In this document: positions 1 through 8,684 of the stretch, piece after piece
Position numbering within the stretch: position 1 is the first letter of the stretch
Layout of the letters: every line of letters starts with the position of its first letter
Assembly: GCF_044224635.1 (NCBI RefSeq)
Contig: NZ_JBGAKA010000028.1
Coordinates: forward strand, 38,799-102,798
Reading direction: 5' to 3'
DNA from: Reyranella sp.
GTDB taxonomy: Bacteria; Pseudomonadota; Alphaproteobacteria; Reyranellales; Reyranellaceae
DNA: 64,000 nt
Notes under the pieces: generated by a model
What the model saw: only the letters and a program-made list of their open reading frames with translations
What the model was told of the DNA's origin: nothing
Database searches by the model: none
Position numbers and translations under genes: made by a program

Positions 1-367
1 CGAAGTCGGCCGTCGGGATTGCCGACCCCGCGGCGCCCTCGGCGAGCTCGACGACGTTGGCCTCGAGGAACTGGATGTTGGAGAGACCGGCGGTGCGGGC
101 GAGGTCGTTGGCGATGGCAATATGGGCCGGGTTGTAGTCGACGGCGACGACCTTCCAGGCCGGATTGGAGGCGGCGATCAGCATGGCGCCGACGCCGATG
201 CCGCAGCCGAGCTCGAGGTAGCAGGCCTGGTCGTCCGGCGCCGGCATCTCCGCCGCCACGCTGCCCAGCAGGCAGGCCAGCGCCATGCGGACCGGCGATT
301 GCTGGATGTAGAAGCCCTCGATGTAGGCGATATCGGCAACGTAGCCGCCGCTCCACGGCTGGGTCAT
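1..367 (-). CDS. Class I SAM-dependent methyltransferase, N-terminal 122 codons only (continues past the left window edge)
   Basis: Manual translation of the minus strand from ATG at 367..365 gives MTQPWSGGYVADIAYIEGFYIQQSPVRMALACLLG...CYLELGCGIGVGAMLIAA...VVAVDYNP. LELGCGIG is Rossmann motif I. The ORF is absent from the track because it runs off the edge. Its ATG overlaps the tssG stop (ATGA at 364..367). Confidence 0.75.
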   Translation of the reverse strand, partial: MTQPWSGGYVADIAYIEGFYIQQSPVRMALACLLGSVAAEMPAPDDQACYLELGCGIGVGAMLIAASNPAWKVVAVDYNPAHIAIANDLARTAGLSNIQFLEANVVELAEGAAGSAIPTADF

Positions 368-1458
368 GCGAGTCCTTCGACAATGTCGCCTTCGAACAGA
401 GGCTCGCTGGCGTCGGTTCGGCGCGGCGTGATGGGGGATGTCGGCAGCCAGGTGTTCCAGCCGAGCAGCGGCCCGGAAGCCTTTCCGGTCTCGTCCGGGC
501 TCGCCAATACGATCGGCGGCACGGCGTCGCGCGCCAGCACGGGATTGACGGCGAAGGCGACCTCGAAGCCCACGAACGCCCGCACCAGCGAGGCCAGCTC
601 GCGCAGCAGCGGGCGATGGGGCAGCAGCCGCTCGAAGTACGGCAGGTCGAGCGGGCCGATGCGCAGCACGATGCGCGCCTGCTGGTCCCAGGCGCGCACG
701 CCGGCCGCGGCATTGACGCCGAGCTCGCAGAATTTCCCGGGCGTATGGCCGACCGGCATGCGAGTCCACTGGTCGGGCGACAGGGTGAGCCAGGCGCCGG
801 CAAACTGCTCGACCTTGACCGGCCTTCCCAGCCAGTCGGAGGCCAAGGCCTCGAGCCGGTCGGCCGAGCGCGGATGGGCGGCGAAGAAGCCGGCGTAGTG
901 GCGCAGCGCCGGCGCGCCGGCCAGCAGCCTGTCGGACAGGCCGGACGTGCCGTAACCCGTCAGGGAGAGCAGCACGTCGGCGATCGGATCGTTCTTCTGG
1001 TGGCCGGTCGCCAGCGCGCCGGTATCGGCCGCCCGGTGCGGCCGGTATTTCGCTCCGGCGGCGGCAAAGGCCGCGATCATGCGCTGCTGGAGCAGGTCGA
1101 GGAAGTCGGACAGCGAGAACGCGCGGGAGCGGCGATCGGCGACGATCGAATCGGAGTAATGGCGCGGCAACACGCCGACGAAGCCGGTAAGACCGATCAG
1201 GCCGACCGTCGTGCTCACCGAGGTCTTGCCCGGCTCGACCTTGACGGTGACGTCGGTGACCTCGGCGCCGGCGTAGGATGAGCCGGTGACGGTGGTGAAG
1301 CGGGTGGTCTCTGCCGGATCGGCCTGGCGGCGGAAGAAGCTCAGAAGCTTGACCGCGGCATCGAAGGTGAAGCGGCGCGGCTCCGCCAGCAGGTGCGCCA
1401 ACGGCGCCCGGCGCGCCACGGCCGAACGGTTCCCGGGGGTGGCCGACGGCACGTTCAC
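364..1458 (-). CDS. tssG: Type VI secretion baseplate subunit TssG (ImpH/VasB family)
   Basis: This is the C-terminal 364 aa of track ORF 364..3837. It reads VNVPSAT...HLLAEPRRFTFDAAVKLL...GLIGLTGFVGVLPRHYSD...RHYAGFFAAHPRSADRLEALASDWLGRPV, which is typical TssG. The GTG start at 1458 overlaps the tssF stop (GTGA). Confidence 0.9.
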   Translation of the reverse strand: MNVPSATPGNRSAVARRAPLAHLLAEPRRFTFDAAVKLLSFFRRQADPAETTRFTTVTGSSYAGAEVTDVTVKVEPGKTSVSTTVGLIGLTGFVGVLPRHYSDSIVADRRSRAFSLSDFLDLLQQRMIAAFAAAGAKYRPHRAADTGALATGHQKNDPIADVLLSLTGYGTSGLSDRLLAGAPALRHYAGFFAAHPRSADRLEALASDWLGRPVKVEQFAGAWLTLSPDQWTRMPVGHTPGKFCELGVNAAAGVRAWDQQARIVLRIGPLDLPYFERLLPHRPLLRELASLVRAFVGFEVAFAVNPVLARDAVPPIVLASPDETGKASGPLLGWNTWLPTSPITPRRTDASEPLFEGDIVEGLA

Positions 1459-3296
1459 AACAGCACGTGGCTGCCGGCGCGCGGTGGCCAGCTTGCGGCA
1501 GCTTCGGTGCGGCCGCGCAGGACCACCCGCGTGCGCACGAACGAGTTCACCGTGGCATGCAAGGCGAGAAAGCGGTCGAGCACGGAAGCCAGCACGTACA
1601 GCCCGCCGGTGCTCCAGACCTGCTCGTCGAAGGTCAACGTCACGTCGAGGCCGCGACAGAAGCCGCCGCCGCGTGCGCCCGGGCCTTGCAATCCGGGGAT
1701 GCGCGCGGTGCCAGGCCTCGAGGTGACGCTGACGAGCGCACGGATGGCGGCTCTCGACTCGGTCGAATCGCGACAATCGTAGAGACGCAGAACCTCGCGC
1801 AGCGCCTCGGCAGCCCTCTCGCCGCCGACCACGCTGAGATGGCCGAGCGACAGGTGCGAGACGAGGCGCCAGAAGCCGCGCTCGTGCAGCGGCAGGCGCA
1901 GGGTCGGTGTCGGCGCCGTGAGACAGGTGACTCCGGTCACGACGGCAGCGCCTTCGACCAGCTGCAAGATCGGTCGGCCGCCGCCGAACGGCAGGGATGC
2001 GGGCAGCTCGCGATTGCAGCATATCGCATCGACCGACAGCACGCTGCCGGCCGGCTGCTCGGGGTCGAAGGCGGCATCGTGCGGCAGCAGGAAGACATCG
2101 GTGCCGCGGATGCCGCCGCTGATGTCGCGACGTGCGGTGCCGTAGAAGCCGCCGACCTTGGCCTCCTCGTCGTCGCTCAACTCGCTGCGCGTCAGGCGGT
2201 GGAACGGGCTCCACGGTCGGAAATCGCCGCCCGGCAGGCTTTCGCGCACACGCTCGATCGACCACACCTCGAAGCTCCCCGGTCGACGCGCATCGGGTTC
2301 GACACGGTATTCGATCCTGGTGTGATCGAGAGCGATCGGCTCGCAGCGATGGGCGAACAGGTTGACCATCGGTGTGCAGCCCAGGATCATGCTGCTCGCC
2401 TGGAGCGTGCGCTCGAGCGCCGGCACCATGCGGTCGAGATAGACGAAGATGTCCATCTTGTTGCCGGCGGCGATGAGGGTCTTGGCGTCGAGCCGACAGA
2501 AATCGATGAAGTGGAACTTTTCCGGCGCGGCGAAGTACTCGCTGAGCAGCCGGAAGCCGGAGAAGGAGCGGGCCGGCCAGGGAAACAGCGCTTCCTCGGG
2601 GGCAAAGCCGACGGCCTGCAGCGTGTCCGGCGGCAGGATCACCGGCTGGGGATCGATCACGTCGTCGGCGAGCGCGACCGAGATCGTGTGGGCGAGCAGC
2701 AGCTCGAGAAGCTGCGCGCCGTGCTCGCCGCCGAGAAAGAAACGCAGCCGGTCGATGCCGAGCTTGGTGAAGGTCATGTCCGGATTGGGACAGCGCAGGC
2801 TGATGCGCAGGCAGGCCATCGCGCCGCTTGCCGCCGGGTTGGCCGGAGCGGGCAGCGGCATGCCCGACAGCCGCACGGCTTCGACCTCGACCGGCCACAA
2901 GGTCAGGGGATAGGCGGTGGAGAACGAGCACCTCTCGCCGCCGACCGGCTCGGTGGCGATCGCCAGGCCCGACGGCAGGCGGGCCGGCCCGGCCATCTCG
3001 GGATCGGACGCGAAGCGCACGATCGCCACCGACGGCAGCGGCGCCAGATAGTGGGGGTAGAGCACCGAGAGCAGCGCGTCGGTGAGCTCGGGAAACTCGT
3101 CGTCGAGCCGGTGCTGCACGCGCGCGCCGAGGAAGGCGACGCCTTCGAGCAGTCGGCTGACATGGGGATCGTCGATCGTGTCCTTGGTCAGGCGCAGGCG
3201 GCCGGCGATCTTGGGATGGCGTTCGGCGAACTCGCTGGCCAGCCCGCGCAAGGCTTCCAGCTCTCGATTGAAATAGGCGAGCAGGGCGTCGGACAC
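1455..3296 (-). CDS. tssF: Type VI secretion baseplate subunit TssF (ImpG/VasA family)
   Basis: 613-aa ORF starting MSDALLAYFNRELEALRGLASEFAERHPKIAGRLRL, the canonical TssF N-terminus. Size and position between tssE and tssG fit. Confidence 0.95.
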   Translation of the reverse strand: MSDALLAYFNRELEALRGLASEFAERHPKIAGRLRLTKDTIDDPHVSRLLEGVAFLGARVQHRLDDEFPELTDALLSVLYPHYLAPLPSVAIVRFASDPEMAGPARLPSGLAIATEPVGGERCSFSTAYPLTLWPVEVEAVRLSGMPLPAPANPAASGAMACLRISLRCPNPDMTFTKLGIDRLRFFLGGEHGAQLLELLLAHTISVALADDVIDPQPVILPPDTLQAVGFAPEEALFPWPARSFSGFRLLSEYFAAPEKFHFIDFCRLDAKTLIAAGNKMDIFVYLDRMVPALERTLQASSMILGCTPMVNLFAHRCEPIALDHTRIEYRVEPDARRPGSFEVWSIERVRESLPGGDFRPWSPFHRLTRSELSDDEEAKVGGFYGTARRDISGGIRGTDVFLLPHDAAFDPEQPAGSVLSVDAICCNRELPASLPFGGGRPILQLVEGAAVVTGVTCLTAPTPTLRLPLHERGFWRLVSHLSLGHLSVVGGERAAEALREVLRLYDCRDSTESRAAIRALVSVTSRPGTARIPGLQGPGARGGGFCRGLDVTLTFDEQVWSTGGLYVLASVLDRFLALHATVNSFVRTRVVLRGRTEAAASWPPRAGSHVLL

Positions 3297-3299
3297 GCG

Positions 3300-3830
3300 T
3301 CAGCCTTCTCTCGTGGCCACGGTCACGTTCTTGGTGTCGAGATCGACCAGCGTGTCGAAGGTGATCGGCTCGGGCACCGGGTCGGCGCTCAGCAGCGCCT
3401 CGATGCGCATGCGCAGCGTGGCGCTGACCTCGTCGGCCGCTTCCAGCAGGGTGACGCGCAGGCTCGTGATGCGCGGCTCGAAGCGGCGGATGCAGGCCTC
3501 GACGAGCTGGCGCAATTCCTCGCGCCGGCGCGGATCGTTGAAGGCGCCGGCGGCGAAGTCCGGCAGGCCGAACCCGACCAGCGAACGCTCCAGCTCCCCG
3601 TAACGCTCGTCCCACGAGCGCCAGCGCCGCCGTGTATTGAGCAGCTGCTCGAGGTCGTGGCCGACGCTTGCGCGCAACGCGTTCATTGCCGCCGCCGCCG
3701 ACAAGGGCCGATCGGTCGGCTCCGTTGGATCGGCATCGATCAGCCGGTCGAGCAGGGGAAGCTGCGCCCGGCGCGGCGGATTGCGCGATCCGCCGTCCAG
3801 GCTGCCGCGGCCGCCGCGCGTGTCGCTCAT
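3300..3830 (-). CDS. tssE: Type VI secretion baseplate subunit TssE (gp25/GPW lysozyme-like)
   Basis: 176 aa from the internal ATG of track ORF 3300..4181. It reads LPLLDRLIDADP...LRASVGHDLEQLLNTRR...GLPDF...LRMRIEALL, a gp25-like pattern. The start overlaps the tagJ stop (ATGA). Confidence 0.9.
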   Translation of the reverse strand: MSDTRGGRGSLDGGSRNPPRRAQLPLLDRLIDADPTEPTDRPLSAAAAMNALRASVGHDLEQLLNTRRRWRSWDERYGELERSLVGFGLPDFAAGAFNDPRRREELRQLVEACIRRFEPRITSLRVTLLEAADEVSATLRMRIEALLSADPVPEPITFDTLVDLDTKNVTVATREG

Positions 3831-4669
3831 GCCGCACTCTTGAATTGGATCGAGGCCAATTCCAGCCAGGTTCTCGGCTCCTCGCCCACCACCAGGGTGA
3901 CGGCGCCGATGCCCCGGGTCGGCCCGTTCTCGCCGAATTGATGCCAGTCGGTGGCGCGGCCCAGGCGCAGCGCGTCGGTCGGCTCGCTGGCGCTCTTGCC
4001 GAGCGGCGGGTAGATGGTCGGCAGGTAGACGTCGCCGTCGGGCCCGTCGGCGACCTGCACCGTAGCGCGGCGCCAGAACAGATCGCGCGGCCGCTTCAGG
4101 GGATGCAGCTGCATGTCGATGATGCGTTCGGGCGGCAGCCAGAAATACTTGCCGGTCGTGGTGATCGCCTCGAAGCAGCAACCGAGCAAGTCGTCGCCAT
4201 CGCGCATGTCGTCGAACGGGCCGTCCGAGGTGCTGCCGCTGGGATGAATGCGCACCTCCTCGGCCTCGGCAGCGAGCTTGCCGGCGCCGGCGGCATCGCC
4301 TTCACGCAGGGCGACCACGGCGGACAGCGCCAGGCGTTGGGCCGCCGTCGGCTCGCCGAGGAATTCCGGCACCCGGCCTTCGCTGAAGAGCTGGCGGCGC
4401 GCCGTCTCGCCGCGCAGGAGCTGGCGGAACTCGGCGACGACGATGGCCGATGTCGGATCGAGGTCGGCGCAGGCGTCGAGGACGACGTCGACGCGATCGA
4501 CGTTGCCGGCGAACAGCAGCAGCTCGGCCAGGAGGACGCGGCTGCCGATATCGGTCGGCGTCTTGCGGACCGCCGCATTGGCCGCCCCCAGAGCCTCGGC
4601 CAGGCGGCCCTCACGGAAAAGCTTGCCGGCGTCGCCGGGAGCAGCAGGCGTTGAGGTCGGCTGTGACAT
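3827..4669 (-). CDS. tagJ: Type VI secretion accessory protein TagJ (ImpE/SciE family)
   Basis: Reads LFREGRLAEALGAANAAVRKTPTDIGSRVLLAELLLFAGNVDRVD (TPR-like N-terminus), then FWLPPERI...LHPLKRPRDLFWRRA, characteristic of ImpE. I chose the ATG at 4669 because AAGGAG lies 7 nt upstream. Confidence 0.85.
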   Translation of the reverse strand: MSQPTSTPAAPGDAGKLFREGRLAEALGAANAAVRKTPTDIGSRVLLAELLLFAGNVDRVDVVLDACADLDPTSAIVVAEFRQLLRGETARRQLFSEGRVPEFLGEPTAAQRLALSAVVALREGDAAGAGKLAAEAEEVRIHPSGSTSDGPFDDMRDGDDLLGCCFEAITTTGKYFWLPPERIIDMQLHPLKRPRDLFWRRATVQVADGPDGDVYLPTIYPPLGKSASEPTDALRLGRATDWHQFGENGPTRGIGAVTLVVGEEPRTWLELASIQFKSAA

Positions 4670-4743
4670 CGAGGCTCCTTGCGAAAGATGATCCAAGGCG
4701 ACCGGCCGGCCGCTATCAATAGTCTTTTGCGTCTATCTGGCTA

Positions 4744-4840
4744 GCCCCTGACGGGGCCGCATCATGGCCCTCCCCAGCGTAGCTGGGGAGGGGAACATGA
4801 AAGATGTGTCCGCTCCTCCCCAGCGGAGCTGGAAAGGAAA
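4744..4840. repeat. REP-A palindromic repeat cluster (three GC-rich hairpins) inside the T6SS operon
   Basis: Contains GCCCCTGACGGGGC, CCCTCCCCAGCGTAGCTGGGGAGGG and a degenerate CTCCTCCCCAGCGGAGCTGGAAAGG. The same core recurs at 9 or more other sites in the window. Confidence 0.8.
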
Positions 4841-4872
4841 ATGAGGAGCGCGAGGCTGGGTCGAATCCACTC

Positions 4873-6456
4873 CTAGCCCCCCGAGGACGGCGCGGCGATC
4901 TCGGTCACCAGATGAAAGGTCGTCGACACGTCCTCGAGCTGATAGTGCGGCCGCAGCCGCATGATGCAGCCGAACACGCCCGGCCTGCCCAACCGTTCGC
5001 GCACCTGGACCTCGCCTTCGACGAGGGGGAAGCGCGCCCGCGATTCGCCGGTGCTGTCGATGTTGGTGTTGACGTATTCCTGGAGCCAGCGGTTGAGCTG
5101 CCGCTCGATCTCGTCGGCGGTCTTGAAGGAGCCGACCATGTCGCGGCCCATCACCTTGAGGAGATGGGCGAAGCGCGAGGCGCACAGCATCGAGTTGACC
5201 TGCGCCGACAGCCGCGCATTGGCATCCGCCGCCGCCGCGGTGGCGCCGGTGTAGGTTGCCGGCGCCTGCATGCTGCGCACGGCGCCGAACACCAGGTCGG
5301 AGCCGAAGGGCAGGGCGGAAACCGGCATCATGCCGACATCGACCAGATCCTGCTCCTGGCGATTGCTGAGCTGGTACTCGATGGCGGTGCGCGGCCAGGC
5401 GAAGGGCGGCCCGCTGGCGAACGGCTCGGGAGCGAGATCGGTGACGAGGCCGCCGCCCTCGCGGTCGGTCTCGACCCCGCGCACATCGGCCGGCCAGCCG
5501 TTCTCGGCAAAGGCGCGCACCGCGCAGGCGGCGAAGGCATAGCCTGCGCTCATCCACACGCGGCTGTCTGCATCGGGCGCGTGCTCCCAATAGCGGAAGC
5601 CGTCGACCCGGCTCGGATCGTCGGTCCAGGGATGGCGCGCCAGCAGGCTGGGCAGCGTCACGGCGATGAACCGCATGTCGGCCCGTCCGGCCAGCGCCCG
5701 CCAGCGCAGATGCTCGACGTTGCGCAGCGGCGCCGCGACGTCGCGCACGCCGTCGAGGTCGGAGAAGCGGTCGATCTCGAGGACGGAGGGATGCAGCGAC
5801 AGCACCACCGGCATGAACGCCGCAGCGGCGACGGCGGACAGGAGGCCGAGCGCGCCGACATCGTCGGTGGTGGCACCCGCCGCCGTTCGATGGCGCACCG
5901 CATGGTCGATCATCATCAGGCCGAACGGCTCGCCGCCCGGCATGCCGAACTCCTCCTCGTAGATCTTCTTGAAGGTGTTGCTCTGGTCGAACTCGAGCGC
6001 GCGCTCGAGATCGCGGCAGAGCTCGGGCCAGCGGATGGAGAGCACGCGCACCTTGACCCGTCGGCCGGGCTCGACGCCCCCGACAAGCCAGGCGAGCCCG
6101 CGCCAGCGGCCTTCGAGCGCCTGCAGGCGCGGCGCGTGCAGGATGGCGTCGAGCTGGGTGCCGATCGCCGCATCGATCTCGGCGATGTCGCGGTCGATGG
6201 CGGCGCGCAGGGAGTCGCGGCTGGCCGCGAGCAATCCCACGATCGCCTCGCCGAACCATGTCCGGAGGGCGTCGAAGGCGCTGCCGCCGCCATGCAGGAA
6301 GGCCGCCAGCCCGGCAGCGCCGGCGGCATGTCGTTCGCCGAAGAATTGTCCGGCGAGGATCGGATCGCGCAGCGCGCGGCCCGGTTCCTGGGCCGTCGCT
6401 GGAACCGGTCCGACGGCCATCTCGTCGATCGGCAGGGGGGCGGCCGATTCGGCCAT
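4873..6456 (-). CDS. TssC-like contractile sheath large-subunit paralog (ImpD / TssC40-type)
   Basis: 527 aa sharing blocks with the neighbouring TssC: LEGRWRGLAWLV, EFDQSNTFKKIYEEEFGMPGGEPFG, SRFAHLLKVMGRDMVGSF, RWLQEYVNTN, ARFPL. Confidence 0.85.
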   Translation of the reverse strand: MAESAAPLPIDEMAVGPVPATAQEPGRALRDPILAGQFFGERHAAGAAGLAAFLHGGGSAFDALRTWFGEAIVGLLAASRDSLRAAIDRDIAEIDAAIGTQLDAILHAPRLQALEGRWRGLAWLVGGVEPGRRVKVRVLSIRWPELCRDLERALEFDQSNTFKKIYEEEFGMPGGEPFGLMMIDHAVRHRTAAGATTDDVGALGLLSAVAAAAFMPVVLSLHPSVLEIDRFSDLDGVRDVAAPLRNVEHLRWRALAGRADMRFIAVTLPSLLARHPWTDDPSRVDGFRYWEHAPDADSRVWMSAGYAFAACAVRAFAENGWPADVRGVETDREGGGLVTDLAPEPFASGPPFAWPRTAIEYQLSNRQEQDLVDVGMMPVSALPFGSDLVFGAVRSMQAPATYTGATAAAADANARLSAQVNSMLCASRFAHLLKVMGRDMVGSFKTADEIERQLNRWLQEYVNTNIDSTGESRARFPLVEGEVQVRERLGRPGVFGCIMRLRPHYQLEDVSTTFHLVTEIAAPSSGG

Positions 6457-6490
6457 GGGTGTGACGTGCGCTGGCCCGGCGGCCGCGCGG

Positions 6491-7981
6491 TCAGGCGGCC
6501 TTCGGGATGTTGGCGACCATGCGCATGCTGGTGGTCAGCTCCTCCATCTGGAGCCACGGCCGCATGTAGGCGATGGCGTTGTACGAGCCCGGCTTGCCGG
6601 GGATCTCGCGGACCTCGACCCTCGCCTCGCGCAGCGGGAAGCGGGCTTTCATGTCCTGGCCGGCATTCTCGTTGGTGTTGACGTAGTTCTGGATCCAGCG
6701 ATTGAGCCAGCTCTCGACGTTGCTCGCTTCCATGAAGCTGCCGATCTTGTCGCGCGCCATGACCTTCAGGTAGTGCGCGAACCGGCTGGTCGCCATGATG
6801 TAGGGCAGGCGGGCCGAGATGGCGGCGTTGGCCGTCGCCTCGGGGCGATCGTACTTCTTCGGCTTCTGGGTCGTCTGGCCGCCGAAGAAGACGGCGTAGT
6901 CGGTATTCTTGTAGTGGCAGAGGGGCAGGAAGCCCTGATTCGACAACTCGAACTCGCGGCGGTCCGTGATGCCGATCTCGGTCGGGCACTTGGTGTCGGC
7001 GTCGCCGTCATCGGACTTGAAGACATGGGTCGGCAGGTTCTCGACCTTGCCGCCGCCCTCGGCGCCGCGGATGGCGGTGCAGAAGCCGGTCTTGGCGAAG
7101 GCGTCGGTCAGGCGCGCGCCCATCACATAGGCGGCATTGGACCAGCAATAGGAGCTGTGGTCCATGACGCGCGACTTGCCGCTGGCGTCGAGCGGCGCCT
7201 CCTCGTACTCGAACTCGTCGATCGGCTTGGTTTCCTTGCCGTACGGTACGCGGGCAATGACGCGCGGCATGACGAGGTTGACGAAGCGCGAATCCTCGCT
7301 GTCGCGGAAGCTGCGCCACTTGGTGTACTCGGCGGTCTCGAAGATCTTGGCGAGGTCTCGCGGCTTGGAGAGCTCGGTCCAGCTGTCGAAACCGAACATC
7401 GAGGAGCCGGCCGCCGATATGAAGGGGGCGAAGGCACCGGCCGCGATGTTGGACACCAGCCGGAGCGTCTCGATGTCGTCGGGATGGCTGGTCCATTCGT
7501 AGTCGCCGATCAGGGCGCCGTAGGGCTCGCCGCCCGGCGTGCCGAACTCGTTCTCGTAGATCTTCTTGAACAGCTGGCTCTGATCGAATTCGATGGCGCG
7601 CGTCAGGTCGCGATTGAGCTCGCGCTTGGTCTGGTTCAGCACGCGGATCTTCAGCGTCGTGCTGGTCTCCGAGTTCTGCACCAGGTAGTGCAGGCCGCGC
7701 CAGCTGCCCTCCAGCTTGAGGAACTTGGGATCGTGGATGATCGCGTTGAGCTGGGCCGACAGCTTGGCATCGATCGCCGCGATCGCCTTGTCGAAGGTGC
7801 GCGTCAGGTTGCGGTCGAAGGTGACCGTGCCGGCCAGGGCCTGCTCGACGAGATTCTTGACGAGATCCTGGGCGCGGTCGGGCTCGGTCTGCTTTGTATT
7901 CGTGATGATCTGGTCGAGCAGACCGGGTGCCGCCTCGGTAACGGCGGCGCCAGCATCCGCTTGGCGTGCGGTCTCAGCCAT
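6491..7981 (-). CDS. tssC: Type VI secretion contractile sheath large subunit TssC (ImpC)
   Basis: 496 aa with LEGSWRGLHYLV, EFDQSQLFKKIYENEFGTPGGEPYG, SRFAHYLKVMARDKIGSF, RWIQNYV, ARFPLREARVEV. Confidence 0.95.
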   Translation of the reverse strand: MAETARQADAGAAVTEAAPGLLDQIITNTKQTEPDRAQDLVKNLVEQALAGTVTFDRNLTRTFDKAIAAIDAKLSAQLNAIIHDPKFLKLEGSWRGLHYLVQNSETSTTLKIRVLNQTKRELNRDLTRAIEFDQSQLFKKIYENEFGTPGGEPYGALIGDYEWTSHPDDIETLRLVSNIAAGAFAPFISAAGSSMFGFDSWTELSKPRDLAKIFETAEYTKWRSFRDSEDSRFVNLVMPRVIARVPYGKETKPIDEFEYEEAPLDASGKSRVMDHSSYCWSNAAYVMGARLTDAFAKTGFCTAIRGAEGGGKVENLPTHVFKSDDGDADTKCPTEIGITDRREFELSNQGFLPLCHYKNTDYAVFFGGQTTQKPKKYDRPEATANAAISARLPYIMATSRFAHYLKVMARDKIGSFMEASNVESWLNRWIQNYVNTNENAGQDMKARFPLREARVEVREIPGKPGSYNAIAYMRPWLQMEELTTSMRMVANIPKAA

Positions 7982-7984
7982 CTA

Positions 7985-8494
7985 TCAACCCTCCGCTTTC
8001 TTGGCGCCGAGCTGGCCGGACAGCGCCTTGAGATCGGCCTCGGAGCTCAGCACCTGCTCGAGCAGGTTCTCGAGCTCCTCCGAGCGGTCGACCTTGCTCA
8101 TCAGGTCGCGCAGCTTGGCCCGCGCCTCGAGCAGCGAGGCGAGCGCGGGAACCTGGGCGGCCACCCGCGCCGGCTCGAAATCGTCCATCGAATTGAACTT
8201 CAGATCGACCGCCATCTGGGTACCGTCGTTGGCCAGCTTGTTGTCGACCTTGAGCTTCAGGCCGGGCGTCATGTTGGCCATGACCTCGTTGAAGTTGTCG
8301 CGATCGATCTGGATGAATTTCCGGTCGGCCATGGGTTTGAGCGGCGCCGTCGGGTCGCCGGAAAAATCTCCCATGACGCCCACCACGAACGGCAGCTCGC
8401 GCTGGATCTCGGCCCCCTCGGTCTCGACATCGTAGGTGATGTGGACCCGGGGCTTGCGAACGCGGTTGAGCTTGTCGTGAATACTGGAGCTCAT
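7985..8494 (-). CDS. tssB: Type VI secretion contractile sheath small subunit TssB (ImpB)
   Basis: 169 aa reading [39 protein letters not shown], the hallmark TssB N-terminus. GGAGG lies 7 nt upstream of the ATG. Confidence 0.95.
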   Translation of the reverse strand: MSSSIHDKLNRVRKPRVHITYDVETEGAEIQRELPFVVGVMGDFSGDPTAPLKPMADRKFIQIDRDNFNEVMANMTPGLKLKVDNKLANDGTQMAVDLKFNSMDDFEPARVAAQVPALASLLEARAKLRDLMSKVDRSEELENLLEQVLSSEADLKALSGQLGAKKAEG

Positions 8495-8684
8495 TGGCAG
8501 GACCTCCGATAGGACGAGAATACGCTGGACAGGTGGGGGCGTCCACGAAACGCTTGGCCGGCATTGATGATGGCGACGCGCCCAAGCGCTGACAAGTACG
8601 GGAGCCCGTCCGGGCGCAGTTTGACAGTATGACGTTGCGGGATGAATTGTATCAAATCAGTCGACTCCAGGGGGTGTTTCCGCG

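Noticed and set aside
364-3837. 1157-aa ORF spanning tssG, tssF and tssE
   Set aside because: Only its last 364 codons (tssG) look like protein. The rest is an Arg/Ala/Pro-rich off-frame read across tssF and tssE, both of which have clean ORFs in other frames.
4858-4870. tRNA T-loop-like GGGTCGAATCCAC near the tssC-paralog stop (possible tRNA or att remnant)
   Set aside because: I could not fold flanking sequence into T-stem, acceptor or anticodon arms. No integrase is nearby, so it is probably a chance match.
5969-8512. 847-aa plus-strand ORF, plus other long ORFs antisense to tssC/tssB (5916..6989, 7974..8585)
   Set aside because: These are mirror-frame artefacts of the sheath genes.
8495-8684. 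Sigma54 or strong sigma70 promoter in the tssB/tssA divergent region
   Set aside because: There is no TGGCAC-N5-TTGC match on either strand. A TTGACA at 8621 has only a poor -10 (GAATTG) at 17-nt spacing, which is too weak to call.
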